14,846 bases of DNA from a virus. Its lineage: Duplodnaviria > Heunggongvirae > Uroviricota > Caudoviricetes. Positions 1-6,288 of the stretch are shown here, piece after piece (position 1 is the first letter of the stretch; each line of letters starts with the position of its first letter). The stretch lies in the IMG/VR virus record IMGVR_UViG_2703718772_000005. One strand, given 5' to 3'. The translations under genes and the position numbers were made by a program. The notes below the pieces were generated by a model, which did not search any database, was not told the origin of the DNA, and saw only the letters and a program-made list of their open reading frames with translations.

Positions 1-182
1 CAATAAAAAGTGAAGAACTCCTGAGCAGCGCACCATCCTTCATAACCACCCCAATACAAGATGATAACATTGGCTTACAACTCATAACAAAAGCAATTCA
101 ATGCCGTCAAGAGGTTACAGGCTAAAAAAACTCTATTACATAGCAGCCAGCATGTTTACCGTACAAGTACAACTCAGGGCAT

Positions 183-208
183 AAAAAAAACCCACTCGGC
201 AGCGGGTT
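183..208 (-). terminator. Intrinsic terminator downstream of Q (tR'-like)
   Basis: Minus-strand transcript forms AACCCGCU-GCCG-AGUGGGUU hairpin (GC-rich stem with one G-U pair, tetraloop) running into a U8 tract (complement of the A-run 183-190). Sits about 50 nt downstream of the candidate late promoter. Confidence 0.6.
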
Positions 209-242
209 TATACATTTTTTACAACATACCAAATTTGCATGA

Positions 243-271
243 AGTATATGGCTTTTAATCCAGTTTTGCAA
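243..271 (-). promoter_or_regulatory. Candidate sigma70 late promoter (PR'-like), overlapping the Q stop codon
   Basis: On the minus strand: -35 TTGCAA (266-271), 17-nt spacer, -10 TATACT (243-248), A/T-rich upstream. Position immediately 3' of a Q-like gene and 5' of an intrinsic terminator matches the lambdoid PR'-qut-tR' layout. Confidence 0.45.
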
Positions 272-1028
272 TATTTTGCTGTAAAAATGCTGCCTTTTGT
301 TTTGAACGTGTTCTCGTCACAAGCAATAAAGCATCACTATCAAGCTGTAGAAAAATGTGCTTCATTGCAACCCAGCGTTCAGTAAATGTCTCGGACCAGT
401 TTTTTGTTGTCACTCCCACCAATGATGCCAGTGTCTGGTATTCATAGGCCTCACGCCCTGCAAGTTCGCTCTTCACATCCTGTGCAGCCAGCCAGATTAA
501 CGTCTTCAGGCGATCCAGTGTCTTACCTGCAATTTTTCTGTTACTTAACAAATCTTTAAACTCGCTCCATGCCCATTGCGTTATGGTGACCTGATGCCCC
601 CATCGAACGCTTTCGCTGTAACACCAAAGCAACCATGCTTTCTGATGTTCATCGAGAGACAAAACCGCGCGGCGCCATGAAGAGGTTGAGAATTCAACCG
701 GGCTGACCAAAGCAATGGATGAACCTTTTGCGTACGACTGCTTACCGGAAGTCGGCGTATTATCCAGCGTAATCATCTTGCCAGTTACCACATCCAGAAT
801 GCGCGGCTTCTTTCGTTTGTATGTACCAGTATCAAATTGTGCATGCTCCTGCCAGGCTTCGAGCTGGCCTTTCGTTGCTCCGTTCAAGTCAGCAGTAGCT
901 GCCATAAGTTGCTCACGAACATACTGTAAATATTGGGTATTCATGCAGTAAATCCTTTCTATATTTTGGCATAATTCTTCAACATTCGGTAATCGTTCAA
1001 AACCGAATCGGGGAAACGACATAAGCAC
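255..1028 (-). CDS. Q-like late-gene antiterminator (call mainly positional)
   Basis: 257-codon ORF directly downstream of ninH/rusA in the nin operon orientation, followed by a promoter plus terminator pair. I do not recognise which Q family it belongs to. Start is uncertain: track start is GTG at 1028; in-frame ATG at 1022 and ATG at 944 (AGGA 8 nt upstream) are alternatives. Confidence 0.55.
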   Translation of the reverse strand: MLMSFPRFGFERLPNVEELCQNIERIYCMNTQYLQYVREQLMAATADLNGATKGQLEAWQEHAQFDTGTYKRKKPRILDVVTGKMITLDNTPTSGKQSYAKGSSIALVSPVEFSTSSWRRAVLSLDEHQKAWLLWCYSESVRWGHQVTITQWAWSEFKDLLSNRKIAGKTLDRLKTLIWLAAQDVKSELAGREAYEYQTLASLVGVTTKNWSETFTERWVAMKHIFLQLDSDALLLVTRTRSKQKAAFLQQNIAKLD

Positions 1029-1135
1029 ACGAGCCCCCAGCGACAGCGAAGGAGTTCTGATATATAAGACTCAGACATCATTCATTCCCCGGTTCTCCAA
1101 TATCTGTTTCACTCATCATCCATAACTACCTGTAA

Positions 1136-1420
1136 TTGCCCCCCCCTTTTTTTGTAACAGTTCTTATATTGCTATATAGAATAGCCATTACTAATGCTTT
1201 TAAATTTAATAAAATAAAAATTATAAAAAACATAAAACACCACGCAAACACACTTAATAAAAACACCGTTACATTAAAAGATAATAAAAACCGCAATAAA
1301 AAACGAATAAATCAATTGTCTCACGCAATTATAAAACATCATATTGATTACGCACCTTGTATTACAAACTCATGTATGTAAAATACGCGCACCATTCAAA
1401 AAAAAGGAAGACAATAACAT
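1136..1420. promoter_or_regulatory. Strongly AT-rich divergent intergenic region between Q and the lpxR-like gene; candidate lpxR promoter
   Basis: Phased A-tracts (repeated aataaaaa-type motifs) suggest curved DNA. Candidate plus-strand promoter: -35 TTGTAT (1357-1362), 16-nt spacer, -10 TAAAAT (1379-1384); SD AAGGAAG about 10 nt before ATG 1421. The 81-aa ORF 1136..1381 is K/N-rich low complexity and probably not coding. Confidence 0.3.
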
Positions 1421-2380
1421 ATGAAAAAAAGTGTCATCGCTGGCGTCTTTATTGCTCTGTCATTTACCACGTGTTCAGCTATCGCGAACAGCCTTGCATT
1501 ATCATTAGCAAATGATGATGCAGGGAAGTTTCAACCAATACTTAATGATATTTATGGCAATAAACATGAAAACAGAGATGATTACTCACAAGGCTTATTT
1601 CTGGGATATAGCCACGATATCTCAGACTCGAGCCAATTATCTCTCCATATTGCGCAAGATATTTACTCTCCATCAGGCAGTAATAAAAGACACAACACAG
1701 CTGTAACTGGAGACAGAGCTTTTAGTGCATACACTCACACTGGTATTGAATGGAACTCCCTTGCGAATGACTGGATTCGCTATCGATTAGGTACTGACAT
1801 AGGTGTTGTTGGCCCCGACGCAGGCGGTCAGAAAGTACAAAATAAAGCTCATGAGATTATTGGGGCAGAAAAATATCATGCATGGGATGATCAAATAGAG
1901 AATCGCTACGGTTATACTGTAAAAGGGATGCTATCCATGACACCAAGTATGGATATTTTAGGTGCTAATGTTGGATTATACCCTGAAGTTTCTGCTGTTA
2001 CTGGAAACTTATTTCAATATGTAGCATATGGCGCAACCATTGCCATTGGTAATGATAAAACCTTCAATTCGGATAATGGCTTTGGTCTGCTGGCTCCCCG
2101 TGGTTTAATGCATATGTCCGATACAAGCGGATTCAAATACAAGATTTTTGCAGGTATGGAAAGACGAGATGTCAATCGCAACTATACTCTCGAAGGAAAA
2201 ACAATACAGACGAAACAAACAACAGTATCGCTAAACAAAACTGTTGATGAATATCAAGTTGGCGCAACAATTGGGTATGCACCTGTAGCCTTCACACTAG
2301 CATTTAATAAAGTAACATCAGAATTCAAGACAGGGGATGACTATTCATTTATAAATGGAGCAATCACCTTCTTTTTTTAA
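1421..2380 (+). CDS. lpxR: Outer-membrane beta-barrel, LpxR-family lipid A 3'-O-deacylase-like (prophage cargo gene)
   Basis: 319 aa, same length as Salmonella LpxR as I recall it. N-terminal signal peptide with AIA cleavage motif; C-terminal Phe (ITFFF) typical of OM barrels. If cleaved after Ala22, mature positions 9, 10, 34, 122 are N, D, S, H, matching my recollection of the reported LpxR active-site residues N9, D10, T34, H122. AT-rich and on the opposite strand to flanking phage genes. Confidence 0.7.
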   Translation: MKKSVIAGVFIALSFTTCSAIANSLALSLANDDAGKFQPILNDIYGNKHENRDDYSQGLFLGYSHDISDSSQLSLHIAQDIYSPSGSNKRHNTAVTGDRAFSAYTHTGIEWNSLANDWIRYRLGTDIGVVGPDAGGQKVQNKAHEIIGAEKYHAWDDQIENRYGYTVKGMLSMTPSMDILGANVGLYPEVSAVTGNLFQYVAYGATIAIGNDKTFNSDNGFGLLAPRGLMHMSDTSGFKYKIFAGMERRDVNRNYTLEGKTIQTKQTTVSLNKTVDEYQVGATIGYAPVAFTLAFNKVTSEFKTGDDYSFINGAITFFF

Positions 2381-2427
2381 CTGAATTGAATTCAATCAAA
2401 ATAACATAAGTCCAACAAAAACATAAA

Positions 2428-2462
2428 GTGCGAAATGAATGCCAGCTCCATTTATTTCGCAC
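2428..2462. terminator. Long hairpin between convergent lpxR and ninH; terminator-like, mainly for the minus strand
   Basis: GTGCGAAATGAATG / CATTTATTTCGCAC arms (14 bp, one G-U) around a 7-nt loop. On the minus strand it is followed by a U-rich tract (UUUAUGUUUUUGUUGG); on the plus strand by an A-rich tract, so weaker there. Confidence 0.5.
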
Positions 2463-2591
2463 TATAAAAGATTAAAAGTTGCAATAAAATAATAAAATGA
2501 CTCAGTTACGAAAACCAATAAACTGTGGCCAGTAGTGAGTCGCTCATCATCGGGCTTTTTGGCGAATGAAATTTAGCTACGCTTTCGAGTC

Positions 2592-2780
2592 TCATCGTCT
2601 TCCCCTCTTGCCCTGTTTGACCATCAGGACGCCGTTAACTATTACATGACGCTCGCCTTTGCTGTCTCGGTTGTACTTGAGCACTGTTCCTCTTGCGCAG
2701 GAAAGCATCCTCGCCACTTCGGTCTGATTGCCTCGTGTCTGGATAAGAAGCTCTGGTATCGTTTGAATTGTGGCGTTCAT
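2592..2780 (-). CDS. ninH: NinH-like protein
   Basis: 62 aa, resembles lambda NinH (IPxxL...GNQTEVAR...RGTV.KY motif). ATG overlaps the rusA stop as ATGA. Confidence 0.75.
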   Translation of the reverse strand: MNATIQTIPELLIQTRGNQTEVARMLSCARGTVLKYNRDSKGERHVIVNGVLMVKQGKRGRR

Positions 2781-3139
2781 GCGTTCTCCAGTTCGGTGAT
2801 TTTTATTCCAAGCCGTCCGCCTGGTACTTTCACACCACGAATTATGCGAATGTCATCGAATTGCTCGTCGTCTTCCGCAAATCCGGCATGGATAAGGGAG
2901 TCGAGTAAACCCTTCAGGATGTTATCTAGGTCGCGGCGGCGGGAGTCTGGAACGTCTGCGATTACTTTGATGCGGAGTCGTGATTTGGTGAAAATATCTA
3001 ACTTGAGTTGGTGGATGATTTGCTGAACGTCTTTTCGGTATTTCTGGCCTTTATCGCTGATGTAGTATTGGCTTCCCCGTCTTCGCCAGTAGGTATTCAC
3101 CGACGGCGGGTATGGAAGCACAAACTGATATTCGTTCAT
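2777..3139 (-). CDS. rusA: Holliday junction resolvase RusA
   Basis: 120 aa, clear similarity to E. coli RusA (LPxPPSxNxYxR, DRRRRDLDN, GGRL motifs). Start overlaps the ybcO stop. Confidence 0.9.
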   Translation of the reverse strand: MNEYQFVLPYPPSVNTYWRRRGSQYYISDKGQKYRKDVQQIIHQLKLDIFTKSRLRIKVIADVPDSRRRDLDNILKGLLDSLIHAGFAEDDEQFDDIRIIRGVKVPGGRLGIKITELENA

Positions 3140-3426
3140 GACTTAATCTTCCCCTCCTTCAGCAGTATCGCCTGCGTCCTGATCACGCCTTCGAGGTGGT
3201 AAAGTCTGGCGTCTTTGTTGTCGAGAATCCTTGTGCGTCGGTCGATCTCCGCGTGGCAGTCACTACAAGCCCATGCGCCGATCAGGTCGTCAGGCTTCAT
3301 CCCCGTTCCACAAATTCCAGCCATCCGGTAATGTGCCAGAACTGTAGTTTCAGGATTGCCATTGCATACGCCGTAAATACGTACCTGGCATTCTCTGCCG
3401 CGCGCTTCTTTGCGTAGGTTAGCCAT
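3136..3426 (-). CDS. ybcO: YbcO-like putative nuclease (DUF1364)
   Basis: 96 aa, strong resemblance to DLP12 YbcO (RGRECQVRI.GVCNGNPET.VLAH, CSxCHxEIDRRT). SD GGGAAGG upstream of the ATG. Confidence 0.8.
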   Translation of the reverse strand: MANLRKEARGRECQVRIYGVCNGNPETTVLAHYRMAGICGTGMKPDDLIGAWACSDCHAEIDRRTRILDNKDARLYHLEGVIRTQAILLKEGKIKS

Positions 3427-3631
3427 TTACCTTCCCTCGCAATTGAAGAATTGACTGAAGGTCTTTTTTAATAAATATGCGAGTGCGAATTGAGCAGTAG
3501 TTTTCCTTCATTCTGGCGTAGTAATAGTCCTTTCTTTGCTTAAGTTTGTTGGCATCCGCTGTCATCCAGTCTTTTACAGCAAACTTAATTAGCCAGCGGT
3601 GGCAGAGATACCATTTCAGGTAATCACTCAT
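3419..3631 (-). CDS. Hypothetical nin-region protein (70 aa), occupies the position of ninG in lambda
   Basis: ORF whose ATG lies 5 nt before the ninF stop (8-nt overlap) and whose stop overlaps the ybcO start. Basic, W/Y-rich; no family recognised. Confidence 0.45.
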   Translation of the reverse strand: MSDYLKWYLCHRWLIKFAVKDWMTADANKLKQRKDYYYARMKENYCSIRTRIFIKKDLQSILQLRGKVNG

Positions 3632-3800
3632 CGTCTTCTTCCTCGTACATTGAGCTATTCGGATCGCTCATCAGTTCTGCACAGCAGTGCTCACACACGT
3701 GAACTTCCAGCACATGCAGCTTCTGACCGCAGTTAGCGCACGTTAAAGCTCGCTCGACGCTTTCTTTCTGGTATTGAAGGGATTGGGATGGGCTAAGCAT
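3624..3800 (-). CDS. ninF: NinF-like small zinc-ribbon protein (58 aa, below the ORF-track cutoff)
   Basis: Hand translation gives [58 protein letters not shown], which matches lambda NinF as I recall it. Two Cys pairs (CxxC ... CxxCC) and an acidic tail. ATG overlaps the stop of the upstream gene. Confidence 0.8.
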   Translation of the reverse strand: MLSPSQSLQYQKESVERALTCANCGQKLHVLEVHVCEHCCAELMSDPNSSMYEEEDDE

Positions 3801-4165
3801 TATTGGATTCTCTGCATCATGAGAAAGACAATCATGGCGGCGCGAAGGGGATTTTCATGTATAGCTCGCTTAGATTTACAGTAGGCCACACCGCGTGCAC
3901 CCCACTCGTCTTCATCGAGATTGATAATGCTAATCCTGTATTTTTCAATAATCGGCCATGAGTCTGCTGGGTTTGCGCATGGGTTAAAGGATCCGCGCTC
4001 AACTTCTACTTCAACTGCGTCTCCGTTTACAATGTCTCCCTCAAATGAGACAAACACCATATCGCCATTCTCACCTTCTTTGTAATCCGGCGATCCGTTA
4101 TGAATGGCTTCGAATACCGCCACGTTAATTTCAAAATCACTTAACTGTGAATAATCCATTGTCAT
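3800..4165 (-). CDS. Hypothetical nin-region protein (NinX-like position), about 121 aa
   Basis: Track ORF 3800..4201 begins at GTG. The ATG at 4163-4165 forms an ATGA overlap with the ninE stop, consistent with the coupling pattern of the operon; ATG at 4157-4159 is an alternative. Acidic protein, family not recognised with certainty. Confidence 0.55.
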   Translation of the reverse strand: MTMDYSQLSDFEINVAVFEAIHNGSPDYKEGENGDMVFVSFEGDIVNGDAVEVEVERGSFNPCANPADSWPIIEKYRISIINLDEDEWGARGVAYCKSKRAIHENPLRAAMIVFLMMQRIQ

Positions 4166-4338
4166 TTCCTCGCACGATGTCTTAGCCACCGGATATCCCA
4201 CAGGTGAGCCGTGTAGTTGAAGGTTTTTACGTCAGATTCTTTTGGGATTGGCTTGCGTTTATTTCTGGAGCGTTTCGTTGGAAGGTATTTGCAGTTTTCG
4301 CAGATGATGTCGGTGATACTTCGTCGCTGTCGTCTCAT
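4162..4338 (-). CDS. ninE: NinE-like protein (58 aa, below the ORF-track cutoff)
   Basis: Hand translation gives [61 protein letters not shown] overlaps the ninB stop (ATGA) and its stop overlaps the next start (ATGA). Confidence 0.8.
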   Translation of the reverse strand: MRRQRRSITDIICENCKYLPTKRSRNKRKPIPKESDVKTFNYTAHLWDIRWLRHRARK

Positions 4339-4745
4339 TCGTACCTCCTGTCGGTAAATCTGACACCATGACCAATAGCCCAGGCTGTTGTGTACTCGAT
4401 AAGACTTGCCATACGCTTCACACTCATCTGCGCGCTGCTTTCGCGAATGTTGACGTATTCGCCTTCAAGCCCGGGAAAAACATCAGCTTCCTGTTTTGTT
4501 GCCACTGCATGACCGCTGATCAACAAAACCTTCCATTGTTCTGGTTTTAACCATTTGCCGCACCATTGAACCTGACGAGCGATATCCGCCAGCATCGCGT
4601 GAAATTTTGCGTTCTGGTCAAGGTTGCGCTTGTAGTCAGTAATGCGGATGGTGACTGGCTTGTCTTTATCGAGTGGTGTTGCGAGGATGGCATTTATTGC
4701 AGCTTGCTGTTGTTGCTTAGTTCGGAGGAAGATTGTTTGCTTCAT
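4335..4745 (-). CDS. ninB: NinB (Orf-family recombination mediator)
   Basis: 136 aa, similar to lambda NinB (N-terminal MK..., LDQN, W.GKWL motifs as recalled). First recognisable nin gene of the operon. Confidence 0.85.
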   Translation of the reverse strand: MKQTIFLRTKQQQQAAINAILATPLDKDKPVTIRITDYKRNLDQNAKFHAMLADIARQVQWCGKWLKPEQWKVLLISGHAVATKQEADVFPGLEGEYVNIRESSAQMSVKRMASLIEYTTAWAIGHGVRFTDRRYE

Positions 4746-5079
4746 CGAAATTCTTCTCTTTAATTCCAGCGGCTCTGATAGCTTTCATTACTGCAATTAC
4801 CGTTTTGTCTCTCCCATCCTCATAACCCATCGCATAAGCACCTTCTTCACCATCTTTCCAAAAGTCGTCATTCGATTCGGGCCAGTCAATATCCAGTTCA
4901 ATAGCTGCTCGCGATGCCTGCCACGTTTGCCAGTGGCCTTGAACATCGTCCATCACGTATTGACCACCAATATCACCACTGCCAATTTCATGGTGATTTT
5001 CAGGGTAACGGATAAGGTCTGAGGATTCGCCTCCACGTCGCAACCAACTTTCTTCAAACTGCTTTCTTGATTCGTCCAT
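4717..5079 (-). CDS. Hypothetical acidic W-rich protein (120 aa)
   Basis: ORF with SD GAGGG about 10 nt upstream of ATG 5079; its 3' end overlaps the ninB start by 29 nt. No family recognised. Confidence 0.5.
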   Translation of the reverse strand: MDESRKQFEESWLRRGGESSDLIRYPENHHEIGSGDIGGQYVMDDVQGHWQTWQASRAAIELDIDWPESNDDFWKDGEEGAYAMGYEDGRDKTVIAVMKAIRAAGIKEKNFDEANNLPPN

Positions 5080-5096
5080 CGATACTTACCCTCAGT

Positions 5097-5303
5097 TCAA
5101 CTCACAAAACTCCACGCCATTTTTGCTACAGCGACAGGCATAACACCGATAATCACCCACAGGAAAATGCTACCGAAAAGCACACCCACCAGGTCTTTAC
5201 CTTCGCCTACCAACCGGACAAAACTGCTGGCAACAACAATGAACGTCGCCACCATCCACATAGCACCGAGAATCCTCAATGCAGAGAAAATTAACTCAGC
5301 CAC
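5097..5303 (-). CDS. Small hydrophobic protein, two predicted transmembrane segments (68 aa)
   Basis: GTG start with a very strong SD (GGGGGAGGG, 6-nt spacing). Two about 25-residue hydrophobic stretches separated by a short EGKD loop. Lies directly downstream of an intrinsic terminator. Confidence 0.4.
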   Translation of the reverse strand: MAELIFSALRILGAMWMVATFIVVASSFVRLVGEGKDLVGVLFGSIFLWVIIGVMPVAVAKMAWSFVS

Positions 5304-5318
5304 GATTTACCCTCCCCC

Positions 5319-5350
5319 AAATAAAAAGGCCTGCGATTACCAGCAGGCCT
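5319..5350 (-). terminator. Intrinsic terminator between the 96-aa and 68-aa genes
   Basis: Minus-strand RNA AGGCCUGC-UGGUAAUC-GCAGGCCU (8-bp GC-rich stem) followed by UUUUAUUU; 26 nt downstream of the 96-aa gene stop. Confidence 0.55.
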
Positions 5351-5375
5351 GTTATTAGCTCAGTGATGTAGATGG

Positions 5376-5666
5376 TCATTGCCTTACCTCCATAAGCGCC
5401 CTATTAATAAACGCCGTCATTGGATTTGCACATCCCCACCCCGTACCATCTGGATTTCTTTTAATTGGCTCCTTCTTCACTTTGCGTTTTGCATAAATAA
5501 CCGTCTTCCACTTACGCTCAACAACACTCAAATGTCCTTGTTTCACCATATGCCTTGCTGCTTGAGCGATTCTGTTATTTGGTATTCCGGTGATCAGTGC
5601 TAATTCATGTGGGGAGAATTGTTCATGAGTTTTCAGATATTCCAGGATGATTTCTTTTCCAGTCAC
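5376..5666 (-). CDS. Hypothetical DNA-binding protein (possible winged helix), 96 aa
   Basis: GTG start with SD AGGAG 7 nt upstream and an in-frame stop 4 codons upstream. Central segment (ELALITGIPNNRIAQAARHMVKQGHL) looks like a helix-turn-helix; basic C-terminal half. First gene on the minus strand after the rearrangement junction. Confidence 0.55.
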   Translation of the reverse strand: MTGKEIILEYLKTHEQFSPHELALITGIPNNRIAQAARHMVKQGHLSVVERKWKTVIYAKRKVKKEPIKRNPDGTGWGCANPMTAFINRALMEVRQ

Positions 5667-5694
5667 GATCTGCTCCTGTAACTATCCCATGTAA

Positions 5695-6288
5695 ACGCAT
5701 CTGAAACTGCAGACTGCGCAGGATTCAGACAATGGATTTTCGGCGCTTGAACAGGCGCTGCTGCGGTATATCGCCGCCGGTCTTGGCGTTTCCTACGAAC
5801 AGTTGTCCCGGGATTACTCGAAGGTCAGTTATTCAAGTGCCCGCGCCTCCGCCAATGAGTCGTGGCGCTATTTTATGGGACGACGAAAATTTATTGCGTC
5901 CCGGCTGGCCACGCAGATGTTTTCCTGCTGGCTGGAAGAGGCACTTCTTCGGGGGATTATTCGTCCGCCACGGGCGCGTTTTGATTTTTATCAGGCGCGA
6001 TCAGCCTGGTCACGGGCTGAGTGGATTGGAGCCGGAAGAATGGCCATTGACGGGCTCAAGGAAGTCCAGGAATCAGTGATGCGCATTGAGGCCGGACTGA
6101 GCACGTATGAGAAAGAGCTGGCGCTGATGGGCGAGGATTATCAGGACATTTTCCGCCAGCAGGTCAGGGAATCTGCTGAGCGACAAAAAGCCGGACTCTC
6201 ACGTCCGGTGTGGATAGCGCAGGCGTATGAGCAGCAGATAGCGGAGAGTCGCAGGCCGGAAGAGGAGACAACACCACGTGAGACGTAA
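5695..6288 (+). pseudogene. B: Portal protein B, 5'-truncated remnant (C-terminal about 195 codons only)
   Basis: Open frame from stop at 5692-5694 to 6288, no ATG before the TTG at 5803. Sits immediately upstream of and overlapping gene C, as the portal gene does in lambda; about 1 kb of expected upstream coding is replaced by minus-strand nin-module genes. Confidence 0.7.

Noticed and set aside
1-254. Possible tRNA or stx-type cargo immediately downstream of Q
   Set aside because: No tRNA-like T-arm/acceptor features seen by eye and only about 250 bp available; cannot be supported.
1136-1381. 81-aa plus-strand ORF in the AT-rich region upstream of lpxR
   Set aside because: K/N/I-rich low-complexity translation of A/T-tract DNA, no SD, lies inside a probable promoter region; composition artefact.
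1512-1706. 64-aa ORF inside lpxR in another frame
   Set aside because: Nested in the lpxR-like coding frame, which has signal peptide and barrel features; spurious.
2646-3417. Plus-strand ORFs (126, 64, 73 aa) overlapping ninH, rusA and ybcO
   Set aside because: Antisense to genes with clear homology; no independent support.
5732-6079. 115-aa plus-strand ORF near the junction
   Set aside because: Out-of-frame overlap with the portal-remnant frame, which has the recognisable homology; Pro/Arg-rich artefact.
5803-6288. Independent 161-aa gene starting at TTG 5803
   Set aside because: The frame is open upstream to 5695 and continues the portal homology; better explained as a truncated portal remnant than a stand-alone gene.
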